Shown here: piece by piece, positions 39,011 through 51,605 of the stretch
Position numbering within the stretch: the stretch's first letter is position 1
Layout of the letters: each line of letters begins with the position of its first letter
Assembly: GCA_965235115.1 (NCBI GenBank)
Contig: OZ249436.1
Location: forward strand, 32,180,001-32,244,000
Reading direction: 5' to 3'
DNA: 64,000 bases
DNA from: Laetmonice hystrix
Taxonomy: Eukaryota
The notes under the pieces: model-generated
The model's input: the letters and a program-made list of their open reading frames with translations, nothing else
The model's database searches: none
What the model was told of the DNA's origin: nothing
Translations under genes and position numbers: made by a program

Positions 39011-41705
39011 CTAGAAATTGTTCAGTCCGAACAGGACGTCTCCCCTTTTTTAAAGTAATGACATCATATAATTTTTGAGAGAGGACTAATTAGTATGAAA
39101 TTAGTGTGTTGCAAAAGCAATGATATGGCTATGGCAGATTTTCTATGCGAAAGAAAAGATATAATAATACAATAGTAGTAGCGGTATGTATGAAGGAAGG
39201 TATGTATGTATGTGGGTAGGGGTGTGGGTGTGTGCGATGTGCCGGCTGTGGTAAAGGAGTTGGTGGCGTGGAAGTGTTATGTAACTCAGTCAGGTGGCCA
39301 GGAGTATGGCGGGGGTTGCCGGGCACTGAGAACACTGAACGACCCCTGAACGAGCCTTGACTGCGCGGCATTCGGAAACCCTCGGCCCAACTTCCGGTCG
39401 CTTGGCTGTAGTTGTGCTCGGACACCCCTCGACGCATTAATATACATGGATTCCATGTATCGCCCCAGTGCGCAATGACACAAGACTGGCACAGGTAGTG
39501 AGATGCCGGCAGAAATTGAGTCCCTTATATATATAGTGGTTAGAGCCTCTAATCATGGTGTTAGTAAACTCATATAGACCAGATATCATTATAAAGTTGT
39601 TGTTATGTTAACAACTTTGACCAAACATAGATCAATCGAATAAAATGACCCGGCCACTTCGCGACAGCTCTGCAGGGCCGCACGGGTGGCTCCCGGTGGG
39701 GACAGCTAGGGCGGCCCGGCGGTCCGCGGGCTGGGAGTCGCCCCAGGCTCATAATATTGAACCACTTTGAGTATGGATTTGCCGTATTATTTGCCTTGAT
39801 TTGACTCGATCCAGCACAAGGGTGTTCAACATAACGCTTAACATGAGAGTCAAGTCGTCAAAATGAACCGTCACAATCCCGTAAAATAAATGAAGTCAAA
39901 GTTCAAACCGTCACAGAAAAACGGGTGTGACGATTCAACGGGGGCGTGTAACGGTTTGACAGGCTACCTTGATTCGATCCTCTTATCGCACGGATGGATC
40001 ATACATGCTAAATAAGGAATAGTCCACGTTTTCATGGCTAAATGTCATTGTCAAGAAAGGCTACAATCCGTGACAAATTCGGTTTCAGTTTTTTGCCAAC
40101 TAACGAAGAAAGCCGTCTATTGACAGCACCACAGCCCAGACACTAGCGAGTCAATAGTGCGCTGACCCCATCTGACCCAATATGGCGACCTCCGATTGGT
40201 ATCCGAGTCTCTCTACATCGTAAAGGGCTCGGTGTTCCGAATGGACTGCGCGGTTCACTCGGCTCACCCACGATTGACTCCGTCATATCTCGGCTGTACG
40301 ACGAAGGTCGCCATGCTGGGGGGTGGGGTGGGTGGGTGGCTAGGTCGGGATCACTGACCCGGATGTAAACAACAAACTCGCGCGCTGCCGCCGTGCCGAA
40401 AATGTAGAACTCCCTAGTGTCGGACTTTATACAAAGTCAGAATATCTGGGTTTCCTCCCAGGTGAAGAAGAGGATGTTTTGTCTCCACGATAGAAAATTC
40501 GAGGTATATAGGTATGCTGAGAAATTATATTTGAACTAGGCCTATGTGCCTGTGCGTAGGGGTCGACTATTTACTCTCTGTGTTCATGTGCGACCGCTTT
40601 ACACTACTTTGCACGAAAAACGGGAAAATGGCCGCTTCATACATCCGAGGCCTGCTTCGCCTCCGGATATGACCTAGAAACAGCCAATCAGAAGCAGCGT
40701 CGGTGTTCCGAGTGTGCGCGGTTGTGGGATCTGCGGTGGTGGGGGACGGGCGGCCGGCCCGTGTAGGGGTTTGGCGGGGAGTTACCACGGCTGAGAAGGA
40801 CGCCTGACTGGGGATTGGCGGGGGTTGCCAGGGACAACGGGAGCGGGCCCGCTGGCAAGTTTTTTTTCCCACGCTAGTTCTGGATACCTATTAGCATACA
40901 GCCAATCAGAAACAAGTTGTTTACCCGCTGTGTGGCTGTGTGTCGGAAAGATGGTCCACTTCCAGCCTCATAAGTCGGAAACTATTAACTGTAGAGAAAA
41001 ACACTTAGTGTAGCGGTTGTGGGCAAAGACCTGGAGATTCTTCTCCACCAAGTTTCATAAAGATACGGTAAGGGGTTTGGGAGCTATAAAAGGCTTCTCT
41101 AAGGTTGGCATGGTACTGAGGTCAAAGGTCATGAAGTGCTAAAAATAGCCAAATCCGGAGAAAATATCCACAGTTGTCTTTTCCCCAAATTAGGAGTTTC
41201 TAGCCCCGGTAGTTTTTGGGCTGATGTCAAGTAAGCGCCCAACCACTTCGAAAATGTTGAAGGTCACACAAAGGTCATCTGGGGTCACACGAACGTGTCC
41301 TCCGGGAAATCTAAATTTGGCACATAGATGACCCTGCTGACCAAATTTGATGTTATTCCAGCCAGTATTTTCCGAGTTATGGCTTTGGCAAAAAAATGGC
41401 ACGTGCCATTTTTTTTAGATCAGCCGCCATCTTGAAAGTTCTAGGTCAACCAAACTGGTTTTCGAACTTGTCCAAGCCCCGGATGAAAGAAGGCCGACAT
41501 ACCAATTTTGGATCGATTCAGGCTATTTTTCTCGCGTTATCGTGATCACAGCACAAGTTGGCACATTGGGTGCCACGGAAGAGGTCAAAGGTCAAATGGC
41601 ACTATAAGTAGAAACAAAGATTTTTCAGAAGGTTCTGTCGGGGCATTTCAAATTTGATAACTCCCTCTCTAACAGTGGCCGAGTTATTCAAAAAAGAAGG
41701 AAAAA

Positions 41706-41756
<51 letters not shown>

Positions 41757-41911
41757 CGGTCAGAAACAGCGTGCAAAACAAAACGTCTCCCCCAGCTGGG
41801 GGAGACGTAAACAGCGTGCAAAACAAAACGTCTCCCCCAGCTGGGGGGAGACGTAAACGTAAACAGCGTGCAAAACAAAACGTCTCCCCCAGCTGGGGGG
41901 AGACGTCATAA
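39011..41911 (-). mobile_element. non-autonomous Helentron/HINE element, copy B (~2.9 kb)
   Basis: reverse complement of copy A with the same termini (aa|ctag...tgttcagtccgaaca...acgtctcccc); (GAAA)n; triplicated 5' hairpin module; extra internal 39347-40753. Confidence 0.8.
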
Positions 41912-44029
41912 TGCATTGATGCCATTGCTGACAGCCTTCTACCGTGCGTATTTCTGAGACCGAATCTTATACCCCCTGTACATGGCGACACCGGTATATC
42001 GGCCTATTCTACAGTGCATAGTGAAATGATTACACTGCGTTCTTCCGTTACTTTGCATGCAGCTGTGTTTCTCATAACAATGAGGCTCTAATCTATGTGG
42101 TATTCATTTCATTTCTAAAATGGCCGTTCACTCCACAAGACATTACGTTGATGAGACTGTAACACTGACATCTCTGTCATTCCGTGTAATATCGCCTTAT
42201 CACACATTATTCAACTGTAAGAACTATATTGTGCACAAGCAGCGGCTTATCAGTTTCCAGGCAATAAGAATATGAATACCGTCTGCAGACTACATTCCAA
42301 ACAACCGCTACAGGACGATTGATTGGTACGGCTATGAAATCCCCGCCGTGCCGTTACCTACTTTGTATATATAATAACGTCGATATTACTTATCACAACT
42401 CGTACACAACACAAATTCAAGATTGAGAGTATAGGCCTAGGAGGCGACGCCGCGTGATACCACCCGTGCGGCCTGCTTTGGCGGCCGACCGAACAAGACT
42501 CTGGAGAGAAGAGTCTTCGAGTTGTCGAATTCGGAGTTTTAATGATGGCGTACGAGATGGTCGCGAGGGTCTGGGACGACAAAGGGACCGTTATTGTTGG
42601 CTAGAAACCTGATACCCATTCAGGTAAGGCTATGTCACGTGACAATGCACGATTCACACATGCGCAGGCTCGCACTCTCCAGACCACGACCCTGCCATTC
42701 AGAAACCATCGGCCATTTCCGCTTGCTTCGGAACTCTCGGGTGCAGGCATAATGCACAATTTTCTGTGGGGTTGTGATGCGGTGCGAACGAATACTGAAG
42801 TAAACAGGCACGCGCAGACAAACTAATCCCTCGTGAGTGAATGGCGGAGGAGGACGTCATTTGACATCACTCGGCTCACCGTCGGCAGATTCCTTCCGTA
42901 AACACCCACTCAGCTCCCCATCAAAACTCCCGAATCATCTGACGGCTTAATGACAGCTGTGCCTGTGGAAAACACATGGGTTTGTTTTCGTTTGTGTGAC
43001 ATCAAATCACACTACTTTCAAAATGGCGACCCGACCATTACGCAGTCTTGATCATCCAGACCCTCAGCGGCCCGAGCAGAGGGTCTTGACAAGTCTGTAT
43101 CTCCAAGTTGTTCGCGAGCGTTGAGTAGGCCTACATAAGTGGCCCGTTCACAAGGTTTTAGTTTCCGGTTTTCTCGCAGCTGATTGGTCAATTAACCGAA
43201 AATCTAGCAAGAGGCGCCACGCGTAAGAAAAAATATATATTATCTAATGTGATACATGAGTACCAACATCCCTTATGTTAGACAACATACATTTCATTCA
43301 TAAGAAATATTTAATTATACCCCACCTTCCCTACACCCACTATAGCCGGCTTCATTCTCCAGTCTCAGGAAACAATGGCTTGTGTACAGGTAACCCTCAA
43401 AGCTAAAGAGCAGCAAACTATTGTTATGTCAGCAATTATGATACGATACCAATATGACATTTTATCTGAACACCAAAAGAATTGGTATAATTTTTGCAGG
43501 TGCAACTACGACATCCAATATTCTAAACATCTATGAGCATTTCTATACGGGAGAAGTAGACCTAACTTGTTCTGGCTACATCCACAATGCCACATGGCTG
43601 CTGTAATGTGAAGCGACAGCTAATCGTCACCGGTACTTCAGCGATTCTACGCCCCCGTGCGGGTTTTTCTCGGTTTATTCAAAGGTCGAAACTCCCTGTG
43701 CATTATTATGCCTTCAGTTTCACAAAACGGCCTGGACAATCCTTGCCAAAGATCATCATTTTTTTTTATAGGTGGAGCTACTTTTATTGAAGTTCGAACA
43801 AGAGGGAAATACAGCTTGAAGCATTTATATGGAAAACGGAAGCAGAGATGTTCACCTAAAAACTCCTCTTTTGGTGGTGTACATTCTCCAATCAACTTTC
43901 AGTCAGCCATTTCATACTGAGGTCTTTCAAGCTGTCTCAGCAAAAAATACCCTCGGCTGAGTTTTAGTGTATATTTCCCGAGTAATATAGCGATATAATA
44001 TAGCATATAGCGAGACCCTCTTTAGCTCC

Positions 44030-44143
44030 GCCACCTCCCCTCCCCGTCCCCGCCACCTCCCCTCCCCGTCCCCGCCCCCGTCCCCGCCCCCGCCCCCGCC
44101 CCCGTCCCCGCCCCCGTCCCCACCCCCGTCCCCGCCTCCGCCC
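44030..44143. repeat. (CCCCGT/CCCCGC)n hexamer repeat
   Basis: direct reading. Confidence 0.9.
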
Positions 44144-44428
44144 CATCGTGTCACTGCCCAGCTATAAGCAGACTGACTAGTGACGATTTCCGTTTCCCGT
44201 CACGTCGACGTCTTTTCACGCTACATCTGGAATGGTACGTTCTTGTAATCTTGATGCCCCTGATCCACCGGTGGCGACTGCTTCGCAACTGACTAGCCTA
44301 AAGAATCAAAGTTGCGAATCAGTCACAAACAAAACTTTGCAACTGATTCGCAACTTTGATGACAAGTTGCGAATCAGTCGCGAAAGCTGATCCACCGGAA
44401 AATACAGTTGCCAAGTTCCAGTCGCCAG

Positions 44429-45155
44429 TGTAGCAACCACTTTTGTCATTTTTACCACTTTTGTCACAGGTCACCACTTTTGTCGCACACAATGCCCACC
44501 TTTATCACAGGTCACCACTTTTGTCCCAAAATAGCCCACTTTTGTCGCTCTCGAGGGCACCACCTTATTCATAATTTTCGGACTGTCATGCACCATGCAC
44601 TGTGCCCACTTTTGTCACACCGAACATTTCTCCCTAATAACCTAGTTTTCGACTGAAAAATCTCCTCCCCCCCCTCCTGTGATATACCTGACTACTTGTA
44701 TGATTCCGGCGTACAATGTATGTAGTCTCGCCATGTCGGGATAGTTATTGATGTCTTTGTGTGAAATGTGTGCTTAACGTGCTGCTAATAATGCGTAGGC
44801 TCGCAAGGTATACAATTTGGCACCGGTAAAAGAAAAGGCCGGAGAAGGCGTGTAAATGTATTTTCAACTTTTTCATTTCATTTGAACAAAAGGGGATCCT
44901 CCCAGCCAGATCTGCTTCGGTGCGCCGTGCATAGTAGTGGTAGTATAGAATGTAAGTGAGAGAGAGATAGAGAGAGAGAGACAGCCAGACAGAGACAGAC
45001 AGAGACAGACAGAGACAGACAGAGGGGAAAGAGAGATGGGGAGGGCAATCGAGAGAGAGGGAGAAAAAGAGAGGGTGTGAGAGAGAGAGGGGAAAGGAGA
45101 GATATGGGGAGGGCGAGAGGGAGGGAGAAAGAGAGATATGGGGGAGAGGCAGAGG

Positions 45156-45217
<62 letters not shown>

Positions 45218-46594
45218 AAAAAAAAGTGAATTTGGTCTTAGTCGACTAGATTCGTTCATCCTACCGTTCGAAGATCTGGCGTCTGAGACAACACGTGATA
45301 ACCCAATGATAGCCGCCATACGGAACCGTGCCACAGATCGACCCACTGACGGGGAACGGGTTGTATTGCTACATCCCTTTAGAAGAGTCATGTGGCACTT
45401 TTCTCAGGCTTGCACCCTCCCGCCTCCAAGTGGACACTAAGTGACTCATCATACTGTCAGTGTTTGAACCATCAGCACGTGTTGCCAGACAACGACCGAA
45501 CGTGGACCCATGCGAGCTGCTTCCGACCCATCAGCCAGTTCATGGGAGACAGACCCGAGTCTATCTAAGCGATACTTTCAGACGTGACCGTTCACTGTAC
45601 ATTTGACCAGTGGTTTCCTGGCTTTATATAGTGGGGAGGTCAAGCTGGACCTCCAGAGTGGTGTCCCACACAACCACACTTTTTTACTAAGATAAAAAAC
45701 ATTTTACAGGCAACAACCAAAGCCTTGGAGGTGTAGATCCCGTCTGTAGCACTAAAAATAGGGGGACCATCCATAGTTTCTTCCTGCAAGTTGATTTCAT
45801 TAAAACATATTAATAAAAATGATAAAATCAGGGCACCATGGACAATGAGGCACGTGACACCGACGTTCTGCATACGAAGTCGTCACCCAACGTCAAGGTC
45901 ATTTATATACAAATTAGGATCTCACCTCCAAAACCAATTGCCTACATGGCTGTATTTTAGTGTGTTCTTTGCCACAAAGCAATATAAGTGAACACCGACT
46001 TAAACATCAGAAGGTTTTACAGGTAGAACATATTTAACATTAATCAAGACACCATTTTCACCGTCCTGTCTGTCCGAATGAAAACAAGGTGTACAACCAA
46101 GCATGTCTGGCGGTGATACTGTCGACAGGTAAAACTGTTGACTGTAACTGACTGACGTACAGAGTCGCCGGCGTGAGGTGTGACAAACAAACCTGGACAA
46201 TAGAAACCACTACCTGGTATTTATAGCACAAGACTTTATTAGAGGAGGGCGTATACTGGCATAGCTTTCACCTACTCTATTTACCACACAGATCTTGCTT
46301 ACTTGATTATTGTTTGTTCATGAAGGAGTAAAAGTTTTAATATCAACTAATGCAATATGTGCCCCTGACTTCATGGATCCGTAAACCATCTCATTTCTGC
46401 CACGCTGTATTTTTTGGCCTTGATAAGTTTAACAAAACCGGTCAAAAATTATGACTAAAGTGATGTCCTTAAGAACGACAAAAGTGGGCGACGTTGTGAC
46501 AAAAGTGGTGACCTGTGACAAAAGTGGGCATTTTGTGTGACAAAAGTGGTGACCTGTGACAAAAGTGGTAAAAATGACAAAAGTGGTTGCTACA
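44429..46594. mobile_element. 2.17-kb non-autonomous TIR element with TG...CA termini and 6-bp TSD
   Basis: tgtagcaaccacttttgtc ... gacaaaagtggttgctaca; ~155-bp imperfect TIRs built of ccacttttgtc repeats; CGCCAG duplicated at 44423-44428 and 46595-46600. Confidence 0.85.
44957..45213. repeat. purine-rich (GA)n tract
   Basis: direct reading. Confidence 0.9.
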
Positions 46595-46837
46595 CGCCAG
46601 TGGTCGAAATCAAACATGTTTGATTTCGCCAAGGGAGGTTGCGAACAGGTTGCAAAGCCAGGTGAATCGCAGAGCCAGTCGCGAACCCCTCATGACAGGT
46701 GATCCACCAAAATAGTGTTCGTGTCGTGTTCGCGACTGGGATGCGAACAGGTTGCCAATAGGTTGCCAACGAGTTGCAAGGCCAAGTTGCCACCGGTGGA
46801 TCAGGGGCATTACAAACAGAAGGGGTTAGCGTTTCCA

Positions 46838-47958
46838 CCGGCCGGCCTACCTCAAGCACCCGGCCGGCCTCCCTCCACCCCCGGCCGCCCCCTCCACCCT
46901 CGGCCGGCCTACCTCACGCAAACCCGCCCCCTCCACCCCCGGCTGGCCTACCTCACGCAAACCCCGCCCCCTCCACCCCCGGCCGGCCTACCTCACACAA
47001 CCTCTGCCCCTCCCTCCACCCCCAGCCGGCCTACCTCACACAACCCCTGCCCCTCCCTCCACCCCCAGCCGGCCTACCTCACACAACCCCTGCCCCCTGC
47101 CCCCTCCCTCCACCCCCGGCCGGCTTACCTCACGCAAACCCCGCCCCCTCCACCCTCGCCCCGTCCACCCACGGCCGGCCTACCTCACCCCTCCACCCCC
47201 GGCCAGCCTACCTCACACAACCCCCGCCCCTCCCTCCACCCCCGGCCGGCCCCCTCCGCCCCCCGGCCGGCTTACCTCATACAACCCCCGCCCTCCCTCC
47301 ACCCCCGGCCGGCCTACCTCACACAACCCCCGCCCCCTCCACCCCCGGCCGGCCCCCTCCCTCCACCCACAGCCGGCCTACCTCACACAACCCCTGCCCC
47401 CTCCCTCCACCCCCGGCCGGCCTACTTCACGCAAACCCCACCCCCTCCACCCCCGGCCGGCTTACCTCACACAACCCCCGCCCCTCCCTCCACCCCCGGC
47501 CGGCCTACCTCACACAACCCCCGCCCCCTCCACCCCCGGCCGGCCCCCTCCCTCCACCCACAGCCGGCCTACCTCACACAACCCCTGCCCCCTCCCTCCA
47601 CCCCCGGCCGGCCTACTTCACGCAAACCCCACCCCCTCCACCCCCGGCCGGCTTACCTCACACAACCCCCGCCCCACCCTCCACCCCCGGCCGGCCTACC
47701 TCACACAAACCCCGCCCCTCCCTCCACCCCCGGCCGGCCCTCCCTCAACCCCCGGCCGGCCCACCCTCCACCCCCGGCCGGCCCACCCTCCACCCCCGGC
47801 CGGCCCACCCTCCACCCCCGGCTGGCCCACCCTCCACCCCCGGCCGGCCCACACTCCACACCCGGCCGGCCCACACTCCACACCCGGCCGGCCCACACTC
47901 CACACCCGGCCGGCCTACCCTCCACGCCCGGCCGGCCCACCTCAAGCAAACCCCGGTC
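46838..47958. repeat. C-rich minisatellite (~42-bp units grading to ~22-bp units)
   Basis: ccctccacccccggccggcctacctcacacaaccccc...; source of the Pro-rich pseudo-ORFs. Confidence 0.93.
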
Positions 47959-50025
47959 GGCCGCCATGCCGCCTGACGAACGCTTATTTACTAATGTATC
48001 CGGCACGTGTCCCACGGGAGGGATCCTTGGTGTAGGTCAACTGACGGATCAGGATACAAACCCTATTTACAAACGAATTCCCCTCGGCTCTTGCTTCAAG
48101 AGACTTTACACGCCATTCATTCTTGATGAAGTCCTTATTGCGCAATGAAGGCATCTCTGGCAACTATTACTTTTGGTTTTACTCTGTGTGATTAGTTTGA
48201 AAGAGACAAAGTGATTCTTTGCTTTATGATATTGCACCCGAAAGGTAATGAACCTACCCTTTGAAATGGCGATGAAGATCTACACTTTAAGATGGATTTA
48301 TTAGAAATATACCCAGGATCAAAATTAATAAAATGATAATAAACATAATATCGACACATATAATCATTAGGATATCTTTAAGTGAAGCATCCTTTTCTTA
48401 AAGTTTCATGACCCATGAACGTAGATTTACAATGCTGGAAGAGCTCAAGATTACGAGGATATTATACTTCAATTTGCGATCATTTGAACGTTGTGTTATA
48501 ACAGTCCGCAACGAATGTAGTTCCAGAATTCGTGAAAAAAAGATCCCCGATTTTCCCGAGAATAATGCTGACAATATTGCGAATACTGACAGAAGAGCTT
48601 CATATGTGCACAGACCATGCATGCATAATTTGCATAGACGTATGCGTAGGTAGGCCTATAAGAAAAAAACTCCCGGGGTCTCGCAAGCCAAGTAGTTCAT
48701 TTTCAGCGACTGAAATAAGATTTGGCGACTTTTAAAATTTATTTGACATAATACCTGCCAATTCCAGATAGAAACCACAATGCAGGCATATTTTTGTGAA
48801 ACGTCACGTATAGGCCTATCTTTCAAAATTCGTGCTCTGCTATCTTTAACGTAACCTTTACAATCCAGCTATAGGCCTACCAGTAGCATGGCTGCACGAA
48901 GATACGAGGATATTTGATGGTACAGAAGCCAGAATTCATAACGGGGGCCACATTGGAGAGACGCGATTTATCATTATAATATAATATAATTGGTAGATTA
49001 TATAATTGCAATGGTCCTGTTAGAACACACCCATGCCCCGCGTTTCATATCCGGAAAGTAACACGTTAATTTTTCCGCTTTTTGTATTATTTTTTTTACC
49101 TGAACCATGCAAAGTTCATGGTGAACGCCGAGCAGTTTAATGACGCTAGTCTTCAGTAAGAGTGTGAACACGGGCTGGTTTTCCATGCTCGTTGGCGATC
49201 CATCAGGTGTGTTGCCATGGAAACGCCGATTTTACTGTATGAGGAACTATATATAACAACCATATGAGGCGGTAAATTTTCTTTCTGAGTGACACAAACC
49301 GCTCGTTTTCCTTCCATTCATCTCCTTGTTCGTTCTTTCTATTTCGAGCTGACCGGTTGAGATATTCGTAATAAGAAGACCCCGAATGTAAATAGATGTC
49401 CGAATTCCCTAGAGTCCGACGGCTTCAAAGGGAGTTGGGCGGGGTGTGGGTTGAAATACCTCGCTCAGTCATCACATCATTAAAAGACCAGTGGTTCTGC
49501 TTAACCCCGGTAGAAGTGGGGAAGATGTCAGGGCCAATAGCCGTGAACTGTGGTCAGTGGTTATCTGTGGGATTGATCTTCAACCACTTTGGTCGGGCGT
49601 GCCTTTATTCGCCGAGACGATCACCCGGGCCTTCTACTACTGAAGAACTTTCAGCCTAATAACATTTCATGAACGACCAGCAAGCTCCAAGAGGTCGACC
49701 TCGTCCCTACTGTTTTATGGTTTCAGCACGGGTTCACCGCCGAGCTCTGTCTCCAGGAGATTGGAAGTGTTGGTGAGCAGAGAAGTCCCTTACAAAGGGC
49801 GAGGACCACACAAGGGGATTTTTCTTTCTCTGCAATTTTTTCTTTTATTTCACAAAACAAACAAGAAAACACCACCATTGTGCAGTTTAATTTGTATTTG
49901 CATGTGTGGTGAAAATAGTTTACTATTTTTAATTATAAACTTGGTGGCAATTATTTCAACGCAAAATTACGACCGTGGAGAAAGTAAGAGCTAGGCCTAA
50001 ATAATCACTGTCGCAAAGGCTAGTG

Positions 50026-51605
50026 CCCTGTTCCGGCTAGATAGGTCCGAATGGCTAGTTATGTCTGATAGGAGATATGTCCGCAAATATCCGGTAACGG
50101 ACACATCTAGCTGACATTTGCAGACATATCCGGATTACCGAACACATTTAGCTGACATTTGCGGACATATCCGGATTACCGGATATATTTAGCTGACATT
50201 TGTGGACATATCCGCGGATTATCCTCTAGATTGCGCCTATATAAAACTGACCACCAGATGGCAGCATCCATCACAGATACCACCTTCGTGGCATGAGTCG
50301 TTGTTGCCTGGATGTATACAAGTTTCTTTGTTTTTCACTAAACCAAATGTTAAGAATCAAGACTAAATGCATTTTAAAAGTATGCTGAAATGTTTACCTA
50401 CAACGTGCACTACCTTAAGATTTGTGATTTCAATGAGATATAGTTTAATATCATGATCAACCCCTGTGCTGTGTCTGTCACACCTGTTCTGTGGTACCCG
50501 ACCAACAGGGTATGTATAGCAATTAGTAACAATGTATAACTCATTCGGGATTCCCTCGGGCATATGACGTCATATCTGCATATACCTTCGGGTGAAATGG
50601 GCGCCATTGGCAACCAGATACATGGCGAAATCGACCTGTGTAGCGAGGCACTGAGTGAACCGTCATATCCCATCGAGCCAAAAAGTAGTGCATTATTGAA
50701 ACCTGCTTCTTGGCATCGTATGTGCAAATATATATTTTGTGGTATGAAGGGGAACGTTTAAACTGAAAAAATCAATCACCTAATTTACCTAAATGGGCGT
50801 GATACGGTAATTTATCAAATTATGGGAAGCAATATGGCTGCGCCCATGAACGCCAGCACCACGACATATGGTACGACTACTTGTATCATGAACATGATAC
50901 TCTCGTAATATTGCCCACTGACTATGGGGAAAACACTGGAGGCCTATTTTAGTTGCTTCCATGCCTGATGCAGGCAAAATACTGCAAGCACTGCCATGCT
51001 GGCGAGAGTTCCAGCTAAATGTACCCGCGATGCAATGCTCAAAATGGCGCCTATTTCACCCGAGGCTACTTTCGAAGATATGGCCGAGGATTCCCGAATG
51101 TGTACAACTGTCTAGGAAAGGCGAGACCCTGGTCTCCACGTTCGGTCGTAGTCTAAAAACAGACGCTGTTGAAAACCTGAAAGTACGAAGAGGTCGGCTC
51201 GGTTGGTGTCCACGACGGAGAGGTGAGGGTGAAACTCGGAGATCTTCTAAAGGGTTCTATAAATAGAAACTGTACCCCGTCAGTGTGCTCAATCTGCGGC
51301 AAGGTTCCAAACAAGTTGACTCTCAATGGGCTATCGTGTGTCTCCAGACGCCAGATACGAACGTTAGGACTTGGACACTGAAGAGTCAGATGTTGTTCGA
51401 TGTTAAACGATGTTAACTTTCCAAATGTTCCAGTTTTTTTCTTCTAGTTTCAGCGATGTATTAAAAGAAATATTCCAAGGCTGAGCGAGACCGGCAGTTT
51501 ACATCTAGCTGATATTTGCAGACATATCAATTTCTCCGGACACATCTATCTCCTGTTTGCGGACATAACTAGCCGTTCGGACATAATTATCTAGCCGGAA
51601 CAGGC
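50026..51605. mobile_element. non-autonomous TIR element, CACTA/EnSpm-like architecture
   Basis: (c)cctgttccggctagat / atctagccggaacagg ends; inverted similarity extends to ccgaatggctagttatgtc; ~40-bp subterminal repeats tagctgacatttgcggacatatccgg; TSD not resolved. Confidence 0.65.

Larger units (their letters stand above)
44255..46809. mobile_element. PIF/Harbinger-like MITE (~390 bp) split by a nested insertion
   Basis: TIR tgcccctgatccaccggtggc / gccaccggtggatcaggggca; flanks TGA / TTA (3-bp TSD-like, 1 mismatch); internal gttgcgaa/tcgcaac repeats. Confidence 0.75.

Noticed and set aside
22100..41911. Single 20-kb Polinton/Maverick-like element with long TIRs
   Set aside because: No polB, integrase or capsid ORFs and no TSD; each arm is a complete Helentron-type element
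46715..48148. Pro-rich extensin-like ORFs of 400-477 aa
   Set aside because: Translation of a C-rich tandem repeat open in several frames and on both strands
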